A stretch of 64,000 nt of DNA from Deltaproteobacteria bacterium (GCA_016219185.1 JACRBZ010000078.1:4810-68809); one strand, 5' to 3'; positions 9,095 to 18,695 are shown, numbered from the stretch's first letter. Numbers and translations are program-made. Notes: generated by a model from the sequence alone, not told the origin.

Positions 9095-9916
9095 ATGAAA
9101 AGCAATAAAATAGCCGTTATGTTTTCCGGAGGCACAGATTCAACATATGCCGCCTGGTTACAACTACCCAAATATGATCAGATATATCTTATTACTTTCA
9201 TAAGATATGGCTTGAGACGAGCAGAAAATCTTCAGGAAGCCGTCAACAGACTGATGCAGAAAGTGCCTTCGAATGCAGAAATTCATCATAAAACAATCGA
9301 TATTGAAAACATTTATCAGTCAATTACGCCGCACCAGGAGAAACAGCAGGCCCAGCAGGAGGTCCTTAACCAAAAAATCGGTCCTTTGTGGGAAGATCCT
9401 CACGGGATTCGCAATGGCCGCGAAAAATATATGGAAAACATGCAAAAACTGTTCATGGCCAATGAATGCCTGCAATGCAAGATCGCCATGGATATTGCAG
9501 CGATAAAATTCTGTAAGGAAAACAATATCACAAACATTTGCGATGGCAGTAATACTGAACAGTTAGATGACGGCTCGCAGCTTGAAGACGTCAAGGTCAT
9601 TGCACGAGATATATTTAACCGCTATGGAATTAATTTTTTTTCACCAGCCTTCAATATCTCTGCTGAGGAAAGATGCCAAACGCTTTATAATGCAGGGATT
9701 ACGGATCATCCGGACCATAAAAAAATGGAGAAGACACATCAGATTCCGTCAAGACAGATACAGTGCACAATCCCGTCATCAGTTCTATGGACGAGCTGTA
9801 TTTTCCCATGGATGGTATATGATGGACAATCATGCAACGACTATATTGAGATGTGCCGCTTGTATTTTAAGAACGAAATTGAAAAAGGATTGGAGATTAT
9901 AGATATTAAACCATAA
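9095..9916 (+). CDS. PP-loop (SGGxDS) ATP pyrophosphatase superfamily protein, subfamily unassigned
   Basis: IAVMFSGGTDSTYAA PP-loop, an internal CLQC pair, and a CDGSNTEQLDDGS segment. Confidence 0.6.
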   Translation: MKSNKIAVMFSGGTDSTYAAWLQLPKYDQIYLITFIRYGLRRAENLQEAVNRLMQKVPSNAEIHHKTIDIENIYQSITPHQEKQQAQQEVLNQKIGPLWEDPHGIRNGREKYMENMQKLFMANECLQCKIAMDIAAIKFCKENNITNICDGSNTEQLDDGSQLEDVKVIARDIFNRYGINFFSPAFNISAEERCQTLYNAGITDHPDHKKMEKTHQIPSRQIQCTIPSSVLWTSCIFPWMVYDGQSCNDYIEMCRLYFKNEIEKGLEIIDIKP

Positions 9917-10010
9917 AATTAACCGGATATCACCGAAATGGATATTTATATGAATATGATCTATTTTCATCCTTCGATGTGCCCGCACCGAGCATGGCAG
10001 TTAGTCTTAA

Positions 10011-10050
10011 AATCGGACATTATTTTAATAAAATGCCATTTTGTCCGATT
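10011..10050. repeat. 9-bp perfect inverted repeat downstream of the PP-loop gene
   Basis: AATCGGACA (10011-10019) and TGTCCGATT (10042-10050), with a 22-nt AT-rich loop. Confidence 0.5.
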
Positions 10051-10455
10051 GTTCTGATTCAATTAATATCCGTAGAATGATCTGCGGTAATTTGTATGAA
10101 TAATTCTTATTTAATTTCCGCTCAGAACATCATGAAATATATCTATAAATTTAATCTTATAGATATACCCTTTATCATTTGTTCCCCTTAATTTCAATCT
10201 TGGCACAATATTTGTAATCTTTAACCAGGTAATTACCATGCTTCGTTGTGTTCGCAATCACGAGCAGTTCGGGATAGCCGTGCAAAATTAGTCTCAGAAA
10301 CAAAAGTAGCCGAAAGAAAGTAACTTTTTTCTACGGAAACGGTTTGAGATGCGGGTAAGGTGCCGGAGAGACTCGATGGTCGGTAATATAGCCTTCAACA
10401 GAAAAGTTTTTTAGACAACCTTTCTAATATCTTTAAATGACGAAAGGAGGTTTTT

Positions 10456-11493
10456 ATGAAGATCAACAATGGTTTTAAATTTTGGTGGCTGTCATTCTTA
10501 CTGACTTATAGTCTCTGCTTTTCATTGAACGTTTACCAGACAGATGCCGCGTCGCAGAGTGACAAGCCCGAATTCGTGTTCAGGTTTGCTGGGAATATGC
10601 CGGTTGGCCACTACATCACTAAAACACAGGAACTTTATGCCCGTCTTGTAGAAGAGAGAACCGGAGGAAAAGTGAAACTGGAAATATATCCGGCGGGTCA
10701 ATTGTTCAGCGACAAAGATCTGCCCAGAGCTTTGCCTTCCGGAGCGGTGGACATGGCCCAGGTAACAGCCGGGGTATGGACGGGCCTGATTCCCCCCTTG
10801 TCTATTATCGAGCTGCCTTATTTCTTTAAAGATCATGACCATCTGTATCGGGCGATAGATTCTTTGCAGTTCAGGCAGCTACTAGAAGCGGAATTTGAAA
10901 AGAAAGGGGTGAAACTGCTTTTTTGGATGGACTGGGGAACTGCAACATTTATTGGGAGAAAGCCGTTAAGGACCCTTGAGGATTTTAAGGGCAAGAGGCT
11001 CCGAGGACACGGAGAGACTCAAACAGAACTTATGGAGGCATTGGGAGCGGCTCCTGTGTTCATGGGTGCTGGAGAGCTTTATCTTGCATTGCAAAGAGGG
11101 ACCATTGACGGGCTACTCACAACAACCTGCTCGGTTTGGGACAGGAAGCTCTACGAGGTGGCTCGCTATTATACACATATCCCAATCGGGGATGTAACTT
11201 CACTGCCCGCAGTATTGGTAAATTTAGAAAAATGGAAGGATTTGCCCGCCGATTATCAAGGAGTCATGAGCGTTGCTGCCAAAGAGGCCCAGGAATGGGG
11301 ATATAACCAGGCGCGCGAGTCTTCGGAAGGATGTTTGCGGGGGCTCAAGGAGAAAGGGATGGAAATCTACTATCTGCCCGACAAGGAAAGGCAGAGATGG
11401 TCCGATTCTTGCCGGCCCATCCTGTTTCGATACATCGAACGAACCGGGGCAACGGGCAAAGCCTTGGTGGAGGAAGCGGAAAAGGCCCGCTAG
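10456..11493 (+). CDS. TRAP transporter substrate-binding protein (DctP family)
   Basis: Signal peptide followed by a DctP-like body (FRFAGNMPVGHYITK, LRGHGETQTELMEALGAAPV). AGGAGG RBS. The permease gene is adjacent. Confidence 0.85.
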   Translation: MKINNGFKFWWLSFLLTYSLCFSLNVYQTDAASQSDKPEFVFRFAGNMPVGHYITKTQELYARLVEERTGGKVKLEIYPAGQLFSDKDLPRALPSGAVDMAQVTAGVWTGLIPPLSIIELPYFFKDHDHLYRAIDSLQFRQLLEAEFEKKGVKLLFWMDWGTATFIGRKPLRTLEDFKGKRLRGHGETQTELMEALGAAPVFMGAGELYLALQRGTIDGLLTTTCSVWDRKLYEVARYYTHIPIGDVTSLPAVLVNLEKWKDLPADYQGVMSVAAKEAQEWGYNQARESSEGCLRGLKEKGMEIYYLPDKERQRWSDSCRPILFRYIERTGATGKALVEEAEKAR

Positions 11494-11511
11494 ATTTTAG
11501 GGAAACTATAG

Positions 11512-13419
11512 ATGAATAATTTGGATAGATCCGAGTCGCTCTTCGATCGAGTGATTTTCGGGAGCGCCCTGGGGGGCGGGATCCTGATCCTGCTCACCGC
11601 GCTCTTTGTCACCTATGAAGTGATTTTGCGATACTTTTTCAACTCGCCAACGACATGGGTGTTGGAAGTCAGTATTTATACGATTTTGGCTTCTACTTTT
11701 CTCTCCTTCGCTTACATTCTCAAGAATAATGGACATATAAGGGTTGATTTCGTCACCAATCATCTTTCCGGAAGGACTGCGCTTATCCTGGAGATATTTA
11801 CTTCCCTGTTAAGTATCCTCTACTGTCTGGTTATGACTTGGGAGGGGGGGAAGATGGCTTTTATATCCTACCAGAGCGGGGAGGTTTCTCCGACGGTTTT
11901 ACGGATTCCCTTGTTCATTCCCCTGTTCTTCGTTCCCTTGGGGGGGATTCTTCTTACCATTCAATTTATCCGGCTTGTAAAGAAGCTATTCAATAATTTA
12001 ACCTCTGCCGAATTTGCCGGAGAAGGAGAGAGGGTATTGAGGCAGCCTGCACAGGGGCCCCTCTTTTCCCAGATGCTGGTCACAGGCATCTTCGCTGTAT
12101 TGCTCGTCGTTAGTTTGATACTCCTTAAGGTATCTATGAATCTTGGACTTTTGACCCTCTTTTTTGTCCTTTTGCTGAGTGGCCTTCCGGTGGCCGTCGC
12201 CCTGGGCCTTTTTGGGGTTTTCGGGTTTTATTTCCTTTTTGGCGGCGCTTCCATGCTGGTGCAAATCCCGGTTGTTGCCTATTCCACTATGGACAATTTC
12301 GTCATTGTCGCCCTGCCCCTCTTCATCCTGACGGCCTCAGTTCTTCGAATCGGCGGGGTGGCTCCCAAGCTTTTTAAGTTTGCCTATGTCCTGGTGCGCC
12401 ATCTGCCTGGAGGGATGGGAATCGCCGCGGTGATCTTTTGCGGGTTATTTGCGGCCATGACCGGATCCAGCGTGGCGGTGGCAGCGGCCGCGAGCATGAT
12501 TGCCTTGCCGGAGTTGCTTTCCCGGGGATACGATCGCAAGCTGGCCATTGGTTTGCTGGCTGCAGGAGGAACACTGGGCATTCTCTTTCCGCCCAGTTTG
12601 GCCCTGATCCTTTATGGGGTCATGACCAACGAATCGGTTGGCTCTTTATTCCTGGCCAGCCTGATCCCCGGATTGCTTTTGTCCGTGATGTTCTGCCTCT
12701 ATGTAGCCGTGGTCGCCGGCTGGGATAATAATATCCAGCGCGAACCCAGAGCGAGTTGTCAAGAGATCCTGGGGGGGGCCAGGGGAGCTGCCGGCGGGTT
12801 GTTTACCATACTCATCATCATCGGAGGCATCTACTCGGGAATTTTTACTCCGACCGAGGCAGGGGGTGTGGCGGGTATTTACGGTCTCATCCTCTGCTGC
12901 TTCATCTCCCGCACCGTTTCCTGGGAAGGTCTGAAGAAAATCCTCCTGGATGCCACCATGCTCTCATCGATGATCCTTTTGATCATTATCGGAGCCAACA
13001 TCACCGGCCAGATGATTCTTATGGCTCAGATCACTCAGAACATTCTGGCCTTTGTCAAGGCTCTGGATGTTCCGCCCTGGGTAGTCATCCTGAGCATCAA
13101 CATCTTCTTGATCATAATGGGCATGCCCCTGGAAGCCGTTTCCATCATGGTCATAACCCTGCCCTTACTCTACCCCCTGGTTACTGAACTCGGGTTCAGC
13201 GGGTTATGGTTTGCGGTCGTCATGGTGATCAATATGGAGCTAGCCCTGATCTCTCCGCCTGAAGGTATAAATCTCTTTATCATACAGACCGTCGCAAAAT
13301 CCACGAGCAGCGAAGTCTCCCGGGGCGTGTTTCCCTTCCTGATCATCATGCTCCTTTTCCTGGTCTTGGTCTCGTTTGTGCCCGGCCTGACGAACTGGTT
13401 GCCGGCTTTGATGAAGTGA
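11512..13419 (+). CDS. TRAP transporter fused small/large permease (DctQ-DctM)
   Basis: 635 aa and polytopic. The N-terminal ~160 aa are DctQ-like, followed by a linker and a DctM-like domain (GLPVAVALGL, AAMTGSSVAVAAA). Confidence 0.85.
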   Translation: MNNLDRSESLFDRVIFGSALGGGILILLTALFVTYEVILRYFFNSPTTWVLEVSIYTILASTFLSFAYILKNNGHIRVDFVTNHLSGRTALILEIFTSLLSILYCLVMTWEGGKMAFISYQSGEVSPTVLRIPLFIPLFFVPLGGILLTIQFIRLVKKLFNNLTSAEFAGEGERVLRQPAQGPLFSQMLVTGIFAVLLVVSLILLKVSMNLGLLTLFFVLLLSGLPVAVALGLFGVFGFYFLFGGASMLVQIPVVAYSTMDNFVIVALPLFILTASVLRIGGVAPKLFKFAYVLVRHLPGGMGIAAVIFCGLFAAMTGSSVAVAAAASMIALPELLSRGYDRKLAIGLLAAGGTLGILFPPSLALILYGVMTNESVGSLFLASLIPGLLLSVMFCLYVAVVAGWDNNIQREPRASCQEILGGARGAAGGLFTILIIIGGIYSGIFTPTEAGGVAGIYGLILCCFISRTVSWEGLKKILLDATMLSSMILLIIIGANITGQMILMAQITQNILAFVKALDVPPWVVILSINIFLIIMGMPLEAVSIMVITLPLLYPLVTELGFSGLWFAVVMVINMELALISPPEGINLFIIQTVAKSTSSEVSRGVFPFLIIMLLFLVLVSFVPGLTNWLPALMK

Positions 13420-13551
13420 ATGGGTGGAAGTATCCATGGAGGACCGAAAGAAGGTCGGGATAAATCAAGGACGTGCCGTCCAGAACTTAAAAGAGATATC
13501 AAACCTTAAGATTAGATAAACACAAATAATTAACAAAAGAAGAGGAACCTT

Positions 13552-15099
13552 ATGAAATGGAATATCGGTAAAATTACATCAAAACGGGCGACCGCGACAC
13601 CCGACAAAACGGCATTTGTTTTTGAAGATATAAATATAACCTATGGGTATCTGAATGAGGAAACCAATCGTGTCGCCAATTATTTTCTTTCCAAGGGACT
13701 AAAAAAAGGCGATCGTATTTCAGTGCTTCTGGCCAATTGCCCCGAGTTTATGGCCATCTATCTGGCCGCTGCTAAAATCGGCCTTATTTTTGTGCCATTG
13801 AACGTTCGCATGGTATCCGGGGAGATCAAATATCAGCTCAATGACTGCGGTTCCCGTTTGCTTGTTTTTCATGATGCGTTTGCCGGTAATGTTGAGCCGC
13901 TCCGTTCTTCGGTACAAGTGGAAGAGGGTAAATATCTCTGGTTGAAAATCGGCGTCCCCGGTTTTCCGGACTGTCCGGAGTGGTCTGTTGATTATCATCA
14001 GGTAATTGATGAAAATTCAACAGACGAACCGACGGTGAATGAGTCCATCGATATGGATGATCCACTGGCTATCATTTACACATCAGGCGTTACAGGCAAC
14101 CCAAAAGGAGCTGTTCTTTCCCACGGCCAGACATATTTTAAGAATTTTCAGATGATAATGTATACGGACATGTCTGCAGACGATATTTTCTTGTCACAAC
14201 TGCCACTGTTTCATTCCGGTGGTCTGTTTATCATCGCCACGCCGGTTTTATGTCGAGGTGCGTCATTTATCATGAGACTCAAGTTTGAGCCGGAACAGTT
14301 TGCCAAAGATATCGAAAAATACAAACCCACGGTGATTTTTGCCCTGACCACCATGTGGCGCCTGATCCTGCAGTCAAAGGCGCTCGATAATATCGATGTC
14401 AGAAGTGTTAAATATATTTTGGGTGGAGGCGAACGGACACCTATCAGCCTGCTTAAGGAATTGGCCGAAAAAGGATTATACATGCAGCAGGGTTTTGGCC
14501 AAACAGAAAACTCAGCCATGATGATTCTGCCAAAAAAAGACATCATCAGAAAAGAAGGGTCCATCGGGTTACCGGGTTTTTTTACGGAAATCTGGATACA
14601 GGATATAGACGGAAACAGGACCCCGCCCGGTGAAATCGGAGAAATTGTGGCCACCGGGCCTACCGTGATGAGTGGTTATTGGAATTTACCCGATAAAACA
14701 AAAGAAACGATAGTCGATGGCGTCCTGCACACCGGCGATCTTGGCTACATGGATGGAGACGGTTATTTTTACATCGTCGACAGGGCCAAAGATATGTATC
14801 GTAGCGGTGGTGAGAATGTGTACCCGGCACAGATCGAAAAAATACTGATCGATCACCCGAAAATTGAAAATGTATCCATCATCGGGGTCCCAGATGACAA
14901 ATGGGGTGAAGTAGGGAAAGCCTTTATTGTATGTACTAAAGGTGAGAGCATAACCAAAGAAGAAGTTCATGAGTATCTCAGTGGAAAGATCGCCAAATAC
15001 AAGTTTCCGGCTCATATTGAAATGATCGATGACCTTCCAATGACTGCAACCGGAAAAATTAAAAAAGCAGAGTTGAAAAAGACAAACCGACTTGAATAG
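13552..15099 (+). CDS. AMP-dependent acyl-CoA synthetase/ligase
   Basis: AMP-binding motif IIYTSGVTGNPKGAVLSH, plus GYWN, TGDLGYMDGDGYFYIVDRAKD and a terminal GKIKK. Confidence 0.85.
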   Translation: MKWNIGKITSKRATATPDKTAFVFEDINITYGYLNEETNRVANYFLSKGLKKGDRISVLLANCPEFMAIYLAAAKIGLIFVPLNVRMVSGEIKYQLNDCGSRLLVFHDAFAGNVEPLRSSVQVEEGKYLWLKIGVPGFPDCPEWSVDYHQVIDENSTDEPTVNESIDMDDPLAIIYTSGVTGNPKGAVLSHGQTYFKNFQMIMYTDMSADDIFLSQLPLFHSGGLFIIATPVLCRGASFIMRLKFEPEQFAKDIEKYKPTVIFALTTMWRLILQSKALDNIDVRSVKYILGGGERTPISLLKELAEKGLYMQQGFGQTENSAMMILPKKDIIRKEGSIGLPGFFTEIWIQDIDGNRTPPGEIGEIVATGPTVMSGYWNLPDKTKETIVDGVLHTGDLGYMDGDGYFYIVDRAKDMYRSGGENVYPAQIEKILIDHPKIENVSIIGVPDDKWGEVGKAFIVCTKGESITKEEVHEYLSGKIAKYKFPAHIEMIDDLPMTATGKIKKAELKKTNRLE

Positions 15100-15176
15100 T
15101 CTGCATTTGGCACTCCGGCTCGGATCGGACAACACTCTGCGCAGCATTGGCATCAATATACATTAGCGCAAAAATA

Positions 15177-15232
15177 ATTCGTTCATAATATTGTAATGTT
15201 TCATAAACGAATGAAGGGCTTTCTCGTTTATG
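15177..15232 (+). promoter_or_regulatory. Two mutually exclusive hairpins in the leader of the mutase large-subunit gene
   Basis: ATTCGTT (15177-83) pairs with AACGAAT (15206-12). The overlapping CATAAACGA (15202-10) pairs with TCGTTTATG (15224-32). Confidence 0.3.
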
Positions 15233-15311
15233 CACAGTAGGTTATTGCTTCATGTATAGTAGAGACTAAAAAGCAGACCGGCTTTTTGACAAGCATTGGA
15301 GGTATCACGGT

Positions 15312-17057
15312 ATGGATGAGAATAACGACAAAATAGGACTGGCCAGTCAACAGTGGCAGGAAAAAGTGGTTTCACCGCATCTTAATAAATTTGGCCTTAC
15401 AAAAAGTCCAACACGGTTTTATACACCTGCAGATATTAACGGTTACGACTTTCTCGAAAAAGTAGGTTTTCCCGGCCTATATCCATTTACCGCAGGCAAC
15501 GATCCGGTGCCCAAGTGGCAGGCGTTTGCAGAGAAGCTGGCAAAGGCGGAAACCCGGTTCGAGTGGGGTTCAAGCGGAGCAGGTAAATACGCTGGTTTCG
15601 GAACGGCCGAAGATTATCGGGATTATCTGATCCGAATGCATTCAATGGGACGAAAGGGCGCTCCGAACATGGCAATGGATCTTCCGACACAATGCGGTTA
15701 TGATTCTGACGATTCATGGGCGGAGGGTGAAGTCGGCCGGGTTGGCGTGGCGGTAGATTCCTTAAAGGATTTTGAAATTATTTATGAGCCTTACACCGGC
15801 GACCTGGACCTGGATAAAATTGCATCGAACTTTACTATTAACGCGCCATCGGCGGTTATTATCGCCATGTACGCGGCGTTGGCAGAACAGCGCAGTATTC
15901 CGCTCGCCAAACTAAGAGGTACGCCCCAAAACGACATCTTAAAAGAGTACGTGGGCCGGGGCACCTATATATACCCTCCCAAACAATCTTTGAGGCTTTT
16001 TCGTGACATCCTCTCCTTTTGTACCGAACACATGCCAAAATTTAACATTACCAGTATTGGTGGGTATCATATGCGTGAAGCCGGCGCAACCAGGGTTCAG
16101 GATCTTGCTTTCAGCATGGCGATCGGGGCCACCTATCTTCAGGCCGGAATTGATGCGGGTTTTGACATTGATAGGTTTGCGCCCCGTTTTACTTTTAACG
16201 CGTTTGGAGGAAGCATGGAATTCTATAAGGAAATCGCCTTCCAGCGTGCTGCCCGGAGAATGTGGGCGCGCATGCTGAAAGAACGCTTTAAAGCAAAAAA
16301 TCCAAAAAGCATGCTGATCAGGCAGATTTCCACAGCACATATAGGATGCATCAGCACAACCTTGCAGCGCCCGTTGACCAATTTGATTCGCGCAGTTGTT
16401 GGAGGGATGGCGGCTGGCATGTCCGGAGGTATTCCCGGCATATATCCCCCGTTCGATGAACCAATGGGACTGGGCCATAGCCTTGAGGCCCAGCAGTTAT
16501 CTCATGATGGAACACGAGTTTTAATATATGAAGCCAAGGTGGGTGAAACATTAGACCCTTGGGCCGGTTCCTATTTTATGGAATCGCTGACGGATGAAAT
16601 CGAATCCGAGGCACAGGCGGAATTAAACAAAATAGAGCAGATGGGGGGGGCGATCGGCGCCATTGAAAACGGTTATATGCAGAGAGCCGTTGCCAAAAGC
16701 GCCTATGAAAGACAGAAGAAGATTGAAAATAAGGAAGAATTTGTAGTTGGCGTAAATTGTTTCACAGGGCCCGATGAGATAGATGTTAAGATCAATCGTA
16801 GTGTTGAAGAAGTTTATTCGGCAGATATGATGGCAAGCGCGGAGCAGCGTCAAAAAGAGAACCTGATACGTCTTAAAAGTGATCGAGATAACCGTCTGGT
16901 TGCCCAGAATCTCAAAAAGTTGAAACAGAACGCTGCAGATGAATCGGTCAATTTGATGCCTGACATTCTCTCATGCGTCAAGAGTTATGCAACATTGCAG
17001 GAAATTTGTGATGTGCTCAGAGTTGTTTTTGGTGAAGCGAAGCCCTCATTGAATTGA
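15312..17057 (+). CDS. Coenzyme-B12-dependent acyl-CoA mutase, large (substrate-binding TIM-barrel) subunit, divergent
   Basis: YAGFGTAED, DLPTQCGYDSD, GTPQNDILKEYVGRGTYIYPP and GGYHMREAGAT are methylmalonyl-CoA-mutase-family motifs. There is no C-terminal B12 domain. Confidence 0.85.
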   Translation: MDENNDKIGLASQQWQEKVVSPHLNKFGLTKSPTRFYTPADINGYDFLEKVGFPGLYPFTAGNDPVPKWQAFAEKLAKAETRFEWGSSGAGKYAGFGTAEDYRDYLIRMHSMGRKGAPNMAMDLPTQCGYDSDDSWAEGEVGRVGVAVDSLKDFEIIYEPYTGDLDLDKIASNFTINAPSAVIIAMYAALAEQRSIPLAKLRGTPQNDILKEYVGRGTYIYPPKQSLRLFRDILSFCTEHMPKFNITSIGGYHMREAGATRVQDLAFSMAIGATYLQAGIDAGFDIDRFAPRFTFNAFGGSMEFYKEIAFQRAARRMWARMLKERFKAKNPKSMLIRQISTAHIGCISTTLQRPLTNLIRAVVGGMAAGMSGGIPGIYPPFDEPMGLGHSLEAQQLSHDGTRVLIYEAKVGETLDPWAGSYFMESLTDEIESEAQAELNKIEQMGGAIGAIENGYMQRAVAKSAYERQKKIENKEEFVVGVNCFTGPDEIDVKINRSVEEVYSADMMASAEQRQKENLIRLKSDRDNRLVAQNLKKLKQNAADESVNLMPDILSCVKSYATLQEICDVLRVVFGEAKPSLN

Positions 17058-17236
17058 ACTTTACAAATGAAATTCAACATAGATTATCTTCGTTTTTGAC
17101 TTTCAATGTTGTTAACTGGCGGAGAGATATCAGCTAATTTAATAAATAGACTAATATGATTATTTTTCATGGCAATTTGCCCTGAAAAATGGAAAGCCTA
17201 TTACCAAAATAGTCATATGATGAGGAGACACCAAGA

Positions 17237-18586
17237 ATGGAATTAAAACCTATCGAATTGACCAAAATATTAGCCCGTTTTATTGCCGGAACAGGGAAAT
17301 CTGATATCCCTCTTCATGTTTTTGATCATGCCAAGGTCGCATTTAAGGATTGGCTTGGCGTGACCTTTGCCGGAAAAGAAGATCCGTTGGTAAAGAAATT
17401 GATTAAATATGCAGATATGATGGGTGGAAATAAACAGTCGACCCTGTTGGGATATGGCATGAGAAAATCAGCATGCCAGGCAGCTTTAATCAATGGATCA
17501 GCATCTCATGTCCTTGACTATGATGATACACTTGAGCATTTTCTGGGGCACCCATCCGTAACTATATTCCCGTCTATTCTTGCACTTTCTGAATGGATGG
17601 GTAAATCCGGTACCGATTTTCTTCTTTCTTACCTTATCGGCCTTAAAGTGGGGGCTGTTATCGGGGCGTGCGCTGGACTAGACCACTACATGACAGGCTG
17701 TCATCCTACCTCCACCATCGGGCATTTTGCTTCTGCCGCTTCCTCTGCGAAATTACTGGGATTAGATGAGAAACAGACGCTTAACGCCTTGGGAGTTGCC
17801 GGAACTCAGGCTTCAGGGCTGAAAAGTTCTTTCGGCACAATGAGCAAAGCATTTCATGCCGGCAAAGCTTCCCAGGCCGGACTTATTGCCGCACTGCTTG
17901 CCGGAGATGGTTTCACAGGCGCCGAAGACATAATTGAAGGCGCGCATGGTTTTTTCAAGGTGTTCAAAGGAACCGTGAATGAAGATGTTGTAAATACGAT
18001 AGGCAAAACATGGGAGATTGAAAATTTGGCTCAGAAATACCACGCCTCCTGCCATGCCACCCATTCTCCCATCGAAGCAGCCCGGTCCATCATTCTGAAA
18101 GAAGGAATAAAACCAAATGCTGTCAAGTCAATCCGGGTTTTCTCCTCCGAACTGGCGCTTTCAGCCGCAAGCAAGATGGAAGCAAGTACAGGCTTGGAAG
18201 GGAAATTCTGCATATCTTATTGTGTGGCCAATGCAATTCTCAGGGAAAACACCGGGATGCAGGCATTTACCGATGAAAAGATCAATGACCCGGAAGTAAA
18301 GGCTTTTATGAAAAAAATAACGGCCAATCCCACACAGGATTTCAAGACCCTGGAAGCAAGAGTTGAAATCGAAACGGATTCAGGAAAAACCTATACCGCT
18401 GTTTCAGATATTTTAAAGCTCATACCGGAACTTACAGAAAAAAAGGCTAAAATCTCAGCTAAATTTGTAGACCTGTGCACACCCGTACTTGGTAGTCAGG
18501 CAACAGCGGCACTTGAAGCATCTGTTGATTCCTTAGAAAATATTGACAACATGCAAACATCCTTTGTGCTGCCACAAAACCAATAG
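17237..18586 (+). CDS. MmgE/PrpD family protein (2-methylcitrate dehydratase-like fold)
   Basis: 449 aa. FKDWLGVTFAG, GSASHVLDYDDT, TIGHFASAA and KAFHAGKASQAG are typical MmgE/PrpD segments. Confidence 0.8.
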   Translation: MELKPIELTKILARFIAGTGKSDIPLHVFDHAKVAFKDWLGVTFAGKEDPLVKKLIKYADMMGGNKQSTLLGYGMRKSACQAALINGSASHVLDYDDTLEHFLGHPSVTIFPSILALSEWMGKSGTDFLLSYLIGLKVGAVIGACAGLDHYMTGCHPTSTIGHFASAASSAKLLGLDEKQTLNALGVAGTQASGLKSSFGTMSKAFHAGKASQAGLIAALLAGDGFTGAEDIIEGAHGFFKVFKGTVNEDVVNTIGKTWEIENLAQKYHASCHATHSPIEAARSIILKEGIKPNAVKSIRVFSSELALSAASKMEASTGLEGKFCISYCVANAILRENTGMQAFTDEKINDPEVKAFMKKITANPTQDFKTLEARVEIETDSGKTYTAVSDILKLIPELTEKKAKISAKFVDLCTPVLGSQATAALEASVDSLENIDNMQTSFVLPQNQ

Positions 18587-18629
18587 CGCCTGATGAGCCA
18601 CTTTTATTTATGACAATATGCCATGGATG

Positions 18630-18658
18630 ATCAATCTGATTCTCAAAAACAGATTGAT
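18630..18658. repeat. Intercistronic 9-bp perfect inverted repeat
   Basis: ATCAATCTG (18630-38) and CAGATTGAT (18650-58), with an 11-nt loop, between the prpD-like and thiolase genes. Confidence 0.5.
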
Positions 18659-18695
18659 GAGAGTTGAATAATAAACAATTAGGAGGAAGAAAAGA

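Noticed and set aside
12773-16650. G8 homopolymer runs inside coding sequence (12773-12780 in the TRAP permease, 16643-16650 in the mutase, and also 26167-26174 in the MDH pseudogene) as possible phase-variation switches.
   Set aside because: The two in intact genes simply encode Gly-Gly within conserved regions with the frames intact. There is no promoter or N-terminal placement typical of contingency loci. They are worth remembering only as sequencing-error hotspots.
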